This document shows, one piece after another, positions 18,218 through 28,130 of a DNA stretch of 64,000 bases. Source of the DNA: a virus (Duplodnaviria > Caudoviricetes); the IMG/VR virus record IMGVR_UViG_3300049988_000375, positions 1 through 64,000 of that record, one strand, 5' to 3'. The translations under genes and the position numbers were made by a program. Below the pieces are notes generated by a model that had not been told where the DNA came from, made no database searches, and saw nothing but the letters and a program-made list of their open reading frames with translations. Each line of letters starts with the position of its first letter. The first letter of the stretch is position 1.

Positions 18218-20659
18218 ATGTTTCTCGACCTAACCGCCGTACTTCCCCCGGTCGCCGCCTATCCCGACCTAACACTTCTCGACCCTCGGAAGAAGAATAA
18301 GAGCTTCATTCTTCAGTACGGCCGGGCCTTTATTTCCCAATACCGCAACAGCGGCAGCCGTGACTTCTGGAACGGCCGTGCCAGCGGGCGCTACCTCAAA
18401 GCCGAGCAGTACGCCAACGGCGAGCAGCGCGTGAAAGCCATTCTCAAAGAGGAGGAAGGCCACGCTGACCTCGCGGGCGACAAAATCGACCTGCGTAAGC
18501 CGCTTAAAATCCTCAAAAAGAGCCTGCGGGCGGTGGATGGCAAACTCAAAGACCACGACTTTGTAGCGACCTGCACGCCCATCGACGCCACGGCCCAGGA
18601 CGAGAAGGCCGACTACCGCGCCCGCCTGCGGGTGTGGATGGAGCACGGCGAATTCCTCAAGAGCCTCGGCCTGCAACCCTCGGGTGGGGCCGGGGGCGAC
18701 ATTCAGGGCGCCGATATTCCCGTGGATGAGGACGAGCTAGACTTGCACATGGACGTGAAGTATCGCCACCGCGACGCGATGCTACTGGAAATGAAGCTGG
18801 CCCTAGCCCTTTACCTGAGCGACTACAGCCAGATAAACCGCAACTGCCTGCGCGACGAAACCACCTACGGCAGTAGCGTTGTCCACCTGGCCTTGCGCGG
18901 AGTGCGCCGCCTGCCCATGCACCTGCACCCCGGCGACTGCTTCTTCCTGCCCTCGCGCTCGGAGAACTACCAGCACTTGCAAGCAGGCGCCCACATCGAG
19001 CGCCTGACGCTCGCCCAGGTGCTACAGGAAATCGACGCCGACCCCGATACCACGCTTACGCCCGACCAGCGCGAGCAACTAGTGAGCATCGCCCGCCAGA
19101 ACATGGCCGCTGGCTGGAACGGGCAGGCGCCTTACTACGACACGACGCTTGGCGGGCAGCCGGAAATGGCCGGGCAACTGGAAGTGATTCGCTTTAGCTT
19201 CAAATCCACTGACGAGGTGGTGCGCACGGAAGGGCTCAATAAGTTCGGCAACAAGCAGGTGCGCGAGAAGCCCGCCGGCTACACCACCGACCGCAAGGAC
19301 GTGAAGGTGCATCGCCGCACGGTGACGAGCTGGTACGAGGGCACGCTGATTCTCAAAACGGAGATGGGCTACGGCTGCCGCAAAGCCTACGAGCAGCTAC
19401 GCGACGAGGACAATCCCTTCGACTGCCACCCGCTCTACGTGGTGAACTCGCCCGACATGCTCGGGGGCTTCACCGAAAGCATCGTGGAGCAGTGCTACAC
19501 GCTGGTAGATACCGCCTGCGAGGCGTTCAGCCGGTTGCGCTTCAAGCTCTCCACCATGATGGGTAGCTGGATTGAGTTCGACCTGGATGCCCTTGAAAGC
19601 GGGTTGCTAAAAGGCTCCGATGGCAAGGATGGCAGCGTTCACGACACTATCAAGCAGTTCTTCCGCAATGGCTACGTGGTGGGCCGGAAAGGCGAGGGGG
19701 CCGATGGGCGCACGGGTAAGATTGTGGACTCAGGCGAACTGCCGTTCAGCAAGGAAATTGAAACCTACTGGAACACAATCGCTCAGGCCGTGCAGCAGAT
19801 TGAGGGCATTACGGGCATCAACGGCAGTATTTCGGCCGACGACCCCGCCAGCCGCCAATCGGTGGGCACCACCCAGCTAGCCATTCAGGGTGCCGAAAAC
19901 ACGCTGCAATACCTCTACCACGCCAAGCAAAGCCGATTCGAGCGCGTGTGCCGCGCCGTGGCCGTGAGCATCAAGCAGGCCGAGGCTCGACAGCCGCTCG
20001 TTGGCCCCGTGCCGCCCGGCTATGCCAGCACGGGCCTCGACGTGGTGGGCGCCAGCGACACGCTCGCTAGCCGCGTGTTCACCGTCAAGGTGGAGCAGAA
20101 GCCCACCGATACGCAGTGGGCCGACTTCTACGAAACGGCCAAGGTCGCCCTCACGCAGAAGGAAATCACCCTGGCCGACTACAATTTTCTTCGCCAAATA
20201 GACAACCTCAAGCAAGCAGGGGCTATGCTCGGCATTCGGGCCAAGCGCAACCAGATGCAGGCCGCGCAGTCAGCCCAGCAGCAGACGAGCATGGCTAGCC
20301 AGCAGCAGCAGGACAGCACACGGGTTAATGGCGAGGAAGCCCGCGAAACCCTGAAAGTGGAATACAGCCTACGCATGGAGTTGGAGCGCCTGAAAGGGGA
20401 GAACGCACTGGCCCAGGCCGAGGTGCAGAAGCAGGGACACATTGACGCCAACGAACTCACGCAGTTCATGGCCTTTATGAAGCAGCAGGCGCAATTGCAG
20501 AGCCAGGCCGCCCAGGCGAACACCAAGCATGACGTGCAGCTAGCCCAGCACAATGCCACCCTCGACAGCCAGGAGGCGCAGGCCGCCGCTGCCCGTCAGC
20601 ATGAGGCCGAGTTGCAGGCGCAGCAGCTAGCCGCCCAGCCCGCGCCGGCCGCTGCGTAG
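18218..20659 (+). CDS. Portal protein
   Basis: 813 aa after TerL; ITGINGSISA...SVGTTQLAIQGAENT and long Gln-rich coiled-coil C-terminus. Confidence 0.8.
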   Translation: MFLDLTAVLPPVAAYPDLTLLDPRKKNKSFILQYGRAFISQYRNSGSRDFWNGRASGRYLKAEQYANGEQRVKAILKEEEGHADLAGDKIDLRKPLKILKKSLRAVDGKLKDHDFVATCTPIDATAQDEKADYRARLRVWMEHGEFLKSLGLQPSGGAGGDIQGADIPVDEDELDLHMDVKYRHRDAMLLEMKLALALYLSDYSQINRNCLRDETTYGSSVVHLALRGVRRLPMHLHPGDCFFLPSRSENYQHLQAGAHIERLTLAQVLQEIDADPDTTLTPDQREQLVSIARQNMAAGWNGQAPYYDTTLGGQPEMAGQLEVIRFSFKSTDEVVRTEGLNKFGNKQVREKPAGYTTDRKDVKVHRRTVTSWYEGTLILKTEMGYGCRKAYEQLRDEDNPFDCHPLYVVNSPDMLGGFTESIVEQCYTLVDTACEAFSRLRFKLSTMMGSWIEFDLDALESGLLKGSDGKDGSVHDTIKQFFRNGYVVGRKGEGADGRTGKIVDSGELPFSKEIETYWNTIAQAVQQIEGITGINGSISADDPASRQSVGTTQLAIQGAENTLQYLYHAKQSRFERVCRAVAVSIKQAEARQPLVGPVPPGYASTGLDVVGASDTLASRVFTVKVEQKPTDTQWADFYETAKVALTQKEITLADYNFLRQIDNLKQAGAMLGIRAKRNQMQAAQSAQQQTSMASQQQQDSTRVNGEEARETLKVEYSLRMELERLKGENALAQAEVQKQGHIDANELTQFMAFMKQQAQLQSQAAQANTKHDVQLAQHNATLDSQEAQAAAARQHEAELQAQQLAAQPAPAAA

Positions 20660-20663
20660 CGCC

Positions 20664-20738
20664 GCTGCGATTGTCTGAAATAAAGTTGGCGAAATACTGC
20701 AATTGTCTTGTTATAATCGGACAATTGCAGTAGTTTTG
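20664..20738 (+). promoter_or_regulatory. Three-box promoter B
   Basis: Boxes at 20664 and 20696; TTGCAG abutting TAGTTTTG (20731); 13-bp inverted repeat 20695-20707/20720-20732. Confidence 0.8.
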
Positions 20739-20742
20739 CTTT

Positions 20743-21081
20743 GTGACAAGAGCCGCCCTGCAAGCCCTAGCCGAAGCCCTGCCCGCCGATGTGCTGATAG
20801 CCGCGAGCAACATCCATCGCCACCTGCCCGGCGTTCAGGACGTGCCCGCTGCCGTAGCCTACTGCGTTGCGCAAGGCTGGCTATGCGAACGGCGACAGTG
20901 GAATATCCATGAGATTTGGCGCGACAGCCGCCCGCACCAGCAGGCCACCATCCACAGCAAGCCCCGCACTCCTTCAGCGCTACCCATCCCGCAGATGCAC
21001 ACGGCCGACACGCCCAACAAGCCTACCCCGAAACCCAAAAAGCCGACCACCGCCCGGCCAACTGGCGGCTTATTTACCTAA
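20743..21081 (+). CDS. Hypothetical protein
   Basis: 112 aa directly after promoter B; GTG start. Confidence 0.5.
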   Translation: MTRAALQALAEALPADVLIAASNIHRHLPGVQDVPAAVAYCVAQGWLCERRQWNIHEIWRDSRPHQQATIHSKPRTPSALPIPQMHTADTPNKPTPKPKKPTTARPTGGLFT

Positions 21082-21096
21082 TCCCCAACCAAATAA

Positions 21097-21609
21097 ATGG
21101 GACTCGATATTACCGCATACAGCGAGCTGTCTTACGCTCAACCGCAACCCAACGAGGACGATGCGGGCGACTTCGTTAATCTATACTCAACACATTACCA
21201 GCGACTGCTATCGCAGCAGGAGGGTTACTATACGCGTAATGGAGAGCGGGTTAATATTGCCTGTGGTAGCTATGGTCGCTATAGCCATTGGAGAGAGAGC
21301 CTCGCCCGCCTCGCCGGCTGGCCACTTGGCGAATACGAGCAATATGGTGCTATGCACCCATCTCATTGCGCCTCGGCATGGAAGGCTCAATCTGGCCCAT
21401 TTTGGGAGTTGATAAACTTTAGCGACTGCGATGGTAGCATTGGATTTGAGGTTAGCTCAAAACTTGCACAAGATTTTCAGCAGTATCGGCCAAGCATGGC
21501 ACAGCGGGCTACCCTTATGCAAGATGAGGGCTATTTTATGAAGAAATACGATGAGTGGGCAGCGGCCTTTGCCTTAGCCGCCCAAAATGGTGCCGTTAAG
21601 TTTCACTAA
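21097..21609 (+). CDS. Hypothetical non-structural phage protein
   Basis: MGLDITAY...GSYGRYSHWRESLA...FWELINFSDCDGSIG; ends at terminator. Confidence 0.8.
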   Translation: MGLDITAYSELSYAQPQPNEDDAGDFVNLYSTHYQRLLSQQEGYYTRNGERVNIACGSYGRYSHWRESLARLAGWPLGEYEQYGAMHPSHCASAWKAQSGPFWELINFSDCDGSIGFEVSSKLAQDFQQYRPSMAQRATLMQDEGYFMKKYDEWAAAFALAAQNGAVKFH

Positions 21610-21628
21610 AAGACCAGCACGCACTCGC

Positions 21629-21657
21629 AAGCCCCTGCCTAACGGTGGGGGCTTTTT
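21629..21657. terminator. Terminator between convergent genes
   Basis: aagcccc / ggggctt stem with T-run. Confidence 0.75.
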
Positions 21658-21661
21658 GCAT

Positions 21662-21835
21662 TTAGCCCAGCAGCCCGTCAGCCTCCAAGCGCCCGCGCAG
21701 CACGGCCTTAATAATGGAGGCGGGCTTGTCGAGGCCCAGCTTCTTGCCGAGCTTCATCATGGCGGCGTATTCGGCGCTGTTCAGGCTTACGTCGGAACGC
21801 AGGCGGGCGGCGCGGGCGGTAGTGGGTTGCAGCAT
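21662..21835 (-). CDS. Small ribbon-helix-helix-like protein (absent from ORF track)
   Basis: 57 aa MLQPTTARAARLRSDVSLNSAEYAAMMKLGKKLGLDKPASIIKAVLRGRLEADGLLG, GC3-rich. Confidence 0.65.
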   Translation of the reverse strand: MLQPTTARAARLRSDVSLNSAEYAAMMKLGKKLGLDKPASIIKAVLRGRLEADGLLG

Positions 21836-21933
21836 TAGAGGCTAGTGGCGGGTTGTTGGCGGGGTATCGCCGGTAAACAAGTTACGGTGGATTTGCTAAA
21901 TGAAACCTTGCAATACCAACCTGCAAAGATTTC

Positions 21934-23085
21934 ATGTCGGATACCCCCGAAGTAATTCCCCAAGCGCCCGAGCCGGCCGCGTTCCCCACCGGGGAGGCGC
22001 TACTTGCCGCGTTTGACAGCGCCAAGCCTTACCAGCCTACCCCCGCGCCTGAGCCGTTCGCCGCGCCGGTAGCGGCTACCCCGGCCGCCCCCGCAGACCC
22101 CACCCCTGCGGCTACCCCGGCCGCCGCGCCGGTTGTAGCGCCCGAGCCCACTCCGGCGCCGGCTGCACCCGACTACGCGGCCTACCTGAAAGAAACCTTT
22201 GGGGTAGATGCCCCCGAGGCGCTAAAGGAGAAGCTGACCCTGGCCGAGCAGGCCGAAGCCCTCAAGGCCAACCAGCGCACGGCGCAGGACGTGGCCTTTG
22301 AGAAGCTACTGGCTGACCCCAACGCCGCCACGGCTTTCGTGCGGCTGCAAACTACTGACTTCAAGACCCTGCCCGCCCGCGAGTTGCTGGCTGCTGAGTA
22401 CGCCCACAAACACCCCGAACTGCCCGCCGAATTGGCGCGCTTGGAGGCCGATTTGGAGTACAACGCCAAGTATGCTGCTGCGGAGTTTGAGGATGCCGAA
22501 GACCCCGAGACCAAGACCGCAAAGCTGCGCCTGGACTACGCGACGAAATCGGCCCTCGCCACAATGGACAAGGCCAAAGAAGATGCCAGGCAAAGCGTGC
22601 TGGCTGCTGCCAAACCCGCCGAGGCCGAGGGGCCGACGCCGGAGCAAGTAGCAGCCGAAGAAGCCCGCGTAGCTGCCTGGCAAAGTGGAGTGGAGGCGAT
22701 TACCGCCGCCCCCGCCGTGGATTTGGCCTACACGGTGGACGGGCAGCAAATCAAACTCAGCTTCGACAACAAAGCGCCTGGCTTTCAGGAAGCCCTCACC
22801 GACCCCTACGGGTGGCTCTATAAGCAAATCTGCCCCACTGGCGATAACTCTAAGCCCAATATCAGCCGATTGGCTGAAATCGTGGCTCTGGCTACCCAAA
22901 CGGACACCGCGCTTAAAAACACGCTGGCCGTAGGCAAATCCTCGGTGGGTGCGGTGCTGCCGCTCACAGAGGCCGTGAACCCGGTTCCTGGCGCGCCGCA
23001 AGCCCCGCTCGCCGGGGGCAAAACTATCGAGCAAGCCATCCTGGAAGCGTCTCAAGCCAGCCGCTCGCGTGGCGCCCAATACTAA
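21934..23085 (+). CDS. Capsid scaffolding-like protein
   Basis: Pro/Ala-rich N-terminus, acidic helical body, directly upstream of MCP. Confidence 0.65.
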   Translation: MSDTPEVIPQAPEPAAFPTGEALLAAFDSAKPYQPTPAPEPFAAPVAATPAAPADPTPAATPAAAPVVAPEPTPAPAAPDYAAYLKETFGVDAPEALKEKLTLAEQAEALKANQRTAQDVAFEKLLADPNAATAFVRLQTTDFKTLPARELLAAEYAHKHPELPAELARLEADLEYNAKYAAAEFEDAEDPETKTAKLRLDYATKSALATMDKAKEDARQSVLAAAKPAEAEGPTPEQVAAEEARVAAWQSGVEAITAAPAVDLAYTVDGQQIKLSFDNKAPGFQEALTDPYGWLYKQICPTGDNSKPNISRLAEIVALATQTDTALKNTLAVGKSSVGAVLPLTEAVNPVPGAPQAPLAGGKTIEQAILEASQASRSRGAQY

Positions 23086-23113
23086 CCTCTCGCCCAAACA
23101 CCTCTCTCCCTAA

Positions 23114-24577
23114 ATGGCTTTTACTACCAATGCGGCGCTAAACCAAAGCACCGCTATTTCTATCCCGCAGGCGGACACCGCCTACCTGGATATTGACTTC
23201 TTCATCAAGCGCCCCGACCTGCTGGGTAAGGTGTTTGACTCGTGGGACAATAAGGGCTTCGTGGATATGCTGGCACTGACCGGCCGCGAAGAACTGATTA
23301 CCAGCGAGACGTTCTCGAACTACGAAAGTGGCTTGCTGCCGCGCTCGGTGTCGTTCGCTACCGTTACCTCGGCTACGGCTGGTGGGGCTGTAGTAACGCT
23401 CACGGGCGACAGCATGACGACCGTAAACAGCGCCACCGGCCCTGTGTCCCGCTCGCCGCTCAAGGAGAACGACATTATCAAGTTGCCCGGCCGCCAGGAA
23501 GCGTTCGTGCAAATCAAGTCGAGCGTGAACGGTGGGGCCTCAGGTGCTGCCACGACCTACACGCTGGTTAAGAGCGATAACAGCTCGGACGCCGCCTTTG
23601 ACCTCGGCGCCTACCTCACGTCGGTTGCCGGCTCGGGCCAGCGCTTCGCCATCACCTCGGCTGCCTTCTCGGAGGGCTCGTACGAAGCCCTGGAAGGCGT
23701 AGAAACCCCGATGGTGCGCTACACCGGCCAGCTCCAAATCTGCAAGACTCACTCGGAGATTACGGGCTCGGCCGCTGGCGACCGCTTCGAGATTCCGCTG
23801 GCGAACAGCAACGGCTCGAACTACTGGTACAGCAAGCAGCGCATCGAGCAGGGCCTGAACCACCGCATGAACGAGGGCCTGCAAATGCTCACCGGCAAAG
23901 GCGGCAACTTCATCGACAAGAACGGCAAAAAGGTCAAGACTTCGATGGGTCTGGAAGGCTTCGTGCGCAGCTACGGCAACGTGTACGACTACGCCAGCAC
24001 CGGCTTTACGGCCGCCGACCTCGACGCGCTGACCGCCCGCATCAAGACCATCATGGGCGGGACGGAGTACCAGTGGATTATGGGCTCGGACCTCTACCGC
24101 CAGGTGGCTTCGGTTATCCGCACCCTGCCCGGCCTGCAAGGCGGTGCCATTCGCTACGACATGTTCGGCAAGTCGGACGCCTCGGCCAAAGCCCTCGACC
24201 TCGGCTTTAACTCCATCATCTGGAACGGCATCACCCTCCACTTGCAGGAGAGCCCCGTGTACAACCACCCCGAGCTGCTTGGCCTGGCTGGCTACAACTA
24301 CACCAAGCAAGGCTTCCTGATTCCTGGCGCCAAAACCCGCATCACGGGTTCGGACAACGGGGTGAGCACGCCGCTGATGGGCAACATGGGCGCCGACGCC
24401 GACTCGCTGCGGATTCGCTATAAGCAGGACATTAACGGCCGCTCGCGCCGCTACTTCTCCTACGACCGCGACATTACCACGACCGGCTTCGACACGACCA
24501 AGCACGAAATCATCTCGCATTGCGGCCTGCAAATGGTTGGCCTACGCCGCTTCATCCTGGTTCAAATGGGCGCCTAG
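23114..24577 (+). CDS. Major capsid protein
   Basis: 487 aa, strongest codon bias, after scaffold and before a strong terminator; GLEGFVRSYGNV and HPELLG segments. Confidence 0.82.
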   Translation: MAFTTNAALNQSTAISIPQADTAYLDIDFFIKRPDLLGKVFDSWDNKGFVDMLALTGREELITSETFSNYESGLLPRSVSFATVTSATAGGAVVTLTGDSMTTVNSATGPVSRSPLKENDIIKLPGRQEAFVQIKSSVNGGASGAATTYTLVKSDNSSDAAFDLGAYLTSVAGSGQRFAITSAAFSEGSYEALEGVETPMVRYTGQLQICKTHSEITGSAAGDRFEIPLANSNGSNYWYSKQRIEQGLNHRMNEGLQMLTGKGGNFIDKNGKKVKTSMGLEGFVRSYGNVYDYASTGFTAADLDALTARIKTIMGGTEYQWIMGSDLYRQVASVIRTLPGLQGGAIRYDMFGKSDASAKALDLGFNSIIWNGITLHLQESPVYNHPELLGLAGYNYTKQGFLIPGAKTRITGSDNGVSTPLMGNMGADADSLRIRYKQDINGRSRRYFSYDRDITTTGFDTTKHEIISHCGLQMVGLRRFILVQMGA

Positions 24578-24640
24578 TGCGCTAACTATATAGTACCTGC
24601 ACTTGGTTGGAACCCCGGCGGAGTAGTGCCCGCCTCAAGG

Positions 24641-24671
24641 AAAGCCCCGCTGATTTTCGGCGGGGCTTTTT
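24641..24671 (+). terminator. Terminator after MCP
   Basis: aaagccccgc / gcggggcttt stem with T-run. Confidence 0.85.
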
Positions 24672-24675
24672 GCGT

Positions 24676-24750
24676 GCTGCGATTGTCTGAAATTTAGTTA
24701 CCCATTCCCTGCGAAACGCAGGGAATTATCGGGAATTTGCAGTAACTTGC
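24676..24750 (+). promoter_or_regulatory. Three-box promoter C
   Basis: Boxes at 24676 and 24708; TTGCAG abutting TAACTTGC (24743). Confidence 0.8.
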
Positions 24751-24777
24751 AAAAAGCAAACCTTTCCCCAACCGCCC

Positions 24778-25671
24778 ATGCAGCAACTTGCCACCGGCCT
24801 TACCCCCGCGCTGGAAACCATCTTTGATAAATTCCTGGATGAAAACCCCCAGCCCTACTTTAGCTTCCGAACGCTCGATGCCAACAAGGCGACGATGCCC
24901 GTCGTTGGGCCGGAAGGCAACGTAACGTCCCTACCCGTGAACGCCGCCCGCATCCTGCCCGGCCGCACGAAGATTCGCACGGCGGGCGGCAAGCAAGTCT
25001 GGCTGCTCTACTCGGTGGAGGAGCAAACCGTGGAGCACCAAGGCGTGACTTCCGTTGTGGGCAAGCCCGAGCCCATTGCCTTCGAGCCCAAGGATTATTG
25101 CATCTTGGCCGTGCGCCGCGACGACCGCGAAAAGCTGGTGCGCCTGCTGTTCAGCGACGAGTGCCGCAACAGCCTCAACCCTGACAAGCGCCGCCCCGAC
25201 CAGGGCGAAGTGTACGAATTGATTGAGCCCGCCAAAACCGCCGAGCAACTGGTGGTGAGCAAGGAGAAGGTGCTGGATGCCCAAATCGCCGTGCGCCAGG
25301 CCGCCGACAGCGAATTGAAGCTGGCCTGTGAGCGCCTGAGCCTCGCTGTGACCGACGACCGCAACCTGAACGCCGCCTCGCTCTACGACGCTGCCAGCGC
25401 CGACCCGGCCGCCGTGCTGCGGGTGCTGAGCGACGAGTGGGACAAGACCACGGCCCTGGTGCGCGACCTGACCACGTCCTGCGTGATTGAGTTCGACGCT
25501 GCCGAGCGCAAGTACCTCACCACCCTCGACCGCAAGGCAATCTTGAATGTGCCCACGGGCAACTTCGAGCAAGCCCTGATTAAGCACCTCTCCGACACGC
25601 AGGGCCAGAACCTCAAGCGCACCCTCGGCCGCCTGCTCGAAGAAGCCAACAAGAAGAAAGGCAAGAAGTAA
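24778..25671 (+). CDS. Hypothetical protein, probably morphogenesis
   Basis: 297 aa, strong codon bias, after MCP. Confidence 0.75.
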   Translation: MQQLATGLTPALETIFDKFLDENPQPYFSFRTLDANKATMPVVGPEGNVTSLPVNAARILPGRTKIRTAGGKQVWLLYSVEEQTVEHQGVTSVVGKPEPIAFEPKDYCILAVRRDDREKLVRLLFSDECRNSLNPDKRRPDQGEVYELIEPAKTAEQLVVSKEKVLDAQIAVRQAADSELKLACERLSLAVTDDRNLNAASLYDAASADPAAVLRVLSDEWDKTTALVRDLTTSCVIEFDAAERKYLTTLDRKAILNVPTGNFEQALIKHLSDTQGQNLKRTLGRLLEEANKKKGKK

Positions 25672-25688
25672 CCCCCAATCCAACCACC

Positions 25689-26006
25689 ATGCAATACACA
25701 GCCGAAGGCAAGTTTGCCACCGAAGAAGAAGCCAAAACCGACCTCGACACCTGCGGCTATGCTGGCAAGTGGGCAAGCGCAAAACGTGGACTTGCAAGCG
25801 AGAGGCCCCACCTAAGCGGGCCCGCCTATTGGGATGCCGTGCGCCTCTACTTTCTTGAACTCGGCGGGTGCTGGCTCTCGCAGCGCACCACGCCCGCGCC
25901 GGCTGCACCGCTCACCCCATTGCAGCAGCGTATGGCTGTACAGGCCGCTGCCATAGCAGCATCGCGCCAATCCTATACGCCGCCACAAAAAGTACGCTTC
26001 GCTTAA
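25689..26006 (+). CDS. Hypothetical protein
   Basis: 105 aa ORF. Confidence 0.55.
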   Translation: MQYTAEGKFATEEEAKTDLDTCGYAGKWASAKRGLASERPHLSGPAYWDAVRLYFLELGGCWLSQRTTPAPAAPLTPLQQRMAVQAAAIAASRQSYTPPQKVRFA

Positions 26007-26016
26007 TTAATAGCCC

Positions 26017-26700
26017 TTGCCTAAGTTCGTCTACGACCTCGTTGAAAAAGCCGCCCTGCAAGCCACGATGCAGGGCGGCTACGTGGCGAAGGAAGAAATC
26101 GCTACGATGCTGGGCACCGCCTCGCTAGAGCTATTCAACCACTTCCTCGGCCGTAGCGACGAGCGCAAGCCCGGCCCGCACCTCGGCCTGAACACGCGCA
26201 GTCAGCAAGCCCTCGCGCCCTTTGTGCGGCGCCAGCAGTACAGCGAGAACCCCACGGGCGACCAGTTGCCCATGACCACGGGCCAATTCACCCTTCCCGC
26301 TGATTGCGCCTACGTGGAGTACTACGACCTGCCGGGGGCGGACACCGTGCGCCAGGTATCGGGCTTTGCCCTGCGCATCGCCCGCGCCGACGTGGTGAAC
26401 GGCCCCACCAAGCTCAACCCGCTGGTGACGACCGTGGAGAACGGCGACATTCAGATTTACCCCGCCGAAACCGACCACGGCACGGTGCAATACATCGCCC
26501 TGCCCCCGGCGCCCGTGTATGCCGAAAAGCTGGACGCGGATAACAACCTCGTGTATGACGACACGGCCAGCGTGGACGTGGGATGGGGCCGGGAACACGA
26601 ACCCGACCTGCTCGAACGCACCCTGCGCCTGCTGGCGCAAGCCACCCGCGACAGCCAGCTAGCCGGTACGGCGGGCGCCCTCACCCAAGAAAACTCTTAA
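26017..26700 (+). CDS. Head-tail ring/tubular protein 1
   Basis: GGYVAKEEIATMLGTASLELFNHFLG resembles the crAss-like ring-protein N-terminus (GY...EF...A...F); TTG start. Confidence 0.65.
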   Translation: MPKFVYDLVEKAALQATMQGGYVAKEEIATMLGTASLELFNHFLGRSDERKPGPHLGLNTRSQQALAPFVRRQQYSENPTGDQLPMTTGQFTLPADCAYVEYYDLPGADTVRQVSGFALRIARADVVNGPTKLNPLVTTVENGDIQIYPAETDHGTVQYIALPPAPVYAEKLDADNNLVYDDTASVDVGWGREHEPDLLERTLRLLAQATRDSQLAGTAGALTQENS

Positions 26701-26712
26701 CCCCAACCAGGT

Positions 26713-26997
26713 ATGCAACTAATTTCAAATATTCCGACTGGAAGTAACATCTTCCTAGTTCACGAGAATCAGTCCAACCGCATTTTGCTGGCCTACAGCT
26801 TACAAGACATTGCGGCTGACATTATGCCCGAAGCAAAGGAGCGGCTCTTGACAGGCATCACAAACTTGCTCAAGGAGGAGATTCTAATAAAAGCCAACTC
26901 GATACGCTCAATAAGCTGCACCCATCAGCAGGTGAGAGAGTCAAATCACCTGCACAACGCCGCTCTGGCTGAAACCGACAACACCCGAATCGGCTAG
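26713..26997 (+). CDS. Moron-like hypothetical protein
   Basis: 94 aa, AT-richer than flanks. Confidence 0.55.
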   Translation: MQLISNIPTGSNIFLVHENQSNRILLAYSLQDIAADIMPEAKERLLTGITNLLKEEILIKANSIRSISCTHQQVRESNHLHNAALAETDNTRIG

Positions 26998-26999
26998 CC

Positions 27000-27158
27000 A
27001 TGACTGACAACCTAGCTCACGCCATAGAAGTGGCAGTTGAAAATGACGACTTCGCGGGTGCTAGCGCCCTGCTAGAAGCGGCCAAAAACAAACCGCTGGT
27101 ATTTGAGGCGAATGAAGTGCTGACCCAAGAAATACTCGACGCACTAAACCGCTACTAA
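27000..27158 (+). CDS. Small hypothetical protein (absent from ORF track)
   Basis: 52 aa MTDNLAHAIEVAVENDDFAG...; TAATG overlap with the next gene. Confidence 0.5.
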   Translation: MTDNLAHAIEVAVENDDFAGASALLEAAKNKPLVFEANEVLTQEILDALNRY

Positions 27159-27910
27159 TGCAACCCGACTACCCCCGCGACTTCCTAGCCCGCCCTGCTG
27201 CCGATAGGACAGACGTGGCCGCCCGTCAGATTCTCAATATCCTGACGGGCGGGCAACCCACGGCCGACGCGGCAATCAGCCTCGTGGAGTGCAAGCTGGC
27301 CTACGTGCAGGTGCGGCAGTCGATGCAGGGCGAGATTGACCGCCTGAACTCGGAACGGCTCTACAAGGACGCGGAGGAACGCCGGGCGTTTGACAAGGCC
27401 GAATACCTCACCGACCTCGAAGCCATCTACAAGCTGGGCGGCACCTCGGACGACCATATCGTGACGCTCACCGACTGGCCGGTACTCTACGACGAGCGCC
27501 AAGAGTTGTATTACTCGGTGCTGCCCGACAACTACGTGAACGCGAAGAAGTACCAGAACCTACCGGGCGAGGAACAGATTCGCAGCGTTGAGCCCATGCG
27601 CTACGCTGAGCGCCGCCTTCGCTCGTATCGGGTGCTGGCGGCCGGTGAGCGCCGCCTGTTGCGCGGCTTGCAGGGCCACATCGCCGCTGAGCGCGAGGGC
27701 GCCCGCATCCTCTACTACCCCGAGCTGGGGCAGAAGGTGGTAGACAAAACCCTGCTCATCAAATTCGTGCTGCGCCCCGTGCGCGACCAACTGCCTGCCC
27801 CCGGCCTGTTGCTCGACGCGCAGGACGACATGATTATTCCGAAGGCTGTGGCCCTGCTCACCCGCCGCGCCCCGGTTGATTCCAAGAACGACGCTAACCC
27901 CACTTTGTAA
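27158..27910 (+). CDS. Head-tail ring/tubular protein 2
   Basis: 250 aa, strong codon bias; synteny. Confidence 0.55.
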   Translation: MQPDYPRDFLARPAADRTDVAARQILNILTGGQPTADAAISLVECKLAYVQVRQSMQGEIDRLNSERLYKDAEERRAFDKAEYLTDLEAIYKLGGTSDDHIVTLTDWPVLYDERQELYYSVLPDNYVNAKKYQNLPGEEQIRSVEPMRYAERRLRSYRVLAAGERRLLRGLQGHIAAEREGARILYYPELGQKVVDKTLLIKFVLRPVRDQLPAPGLLLDAQDDMIIPKAVALLTRRAPVDSKNDANPTL

Positions 27911-27968
27911 TGAAGCCTAACCAAGAACTAGAGGACGTTATCGCCATCATGGACTTACTGTTTCACAA

Positions 27969-28130
27969 ATGAGCCGCACGACAAAAGCTAAGCTAACGGG
28001 GGCTAAAGCAGTAGCGCACTCTTGCCGCAATAACGGCACCTGCGCTTGGTGTACCACGGCGCGGACTATTTCATCACTACGGCAGCTAGACGCTACGGCG
28101 GAGAAGCTAAGTGAAGCCAAAACGCAATAA
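27969..28130 (+). CDS. Small Cys-rich protein (absent from ORF track)
   Basis: 53 aa with GAKAVAHSCRNNGTCAWC. Confidence 0.55.
   Translation: MSRTTKAKLTGAKAVAHSCRNNGTCAWCTTARTISSLRQLDATAEKLSEAKTQ

Noticed and set aside
23540-25908. Long antisense ORFs (330 and 325 aa), likewise 22306..23097, 52666..53865 and 58538..59566
   Set aside because: Shadow frames of GC3-biased genes with low-complexity, non-protein-like composition.
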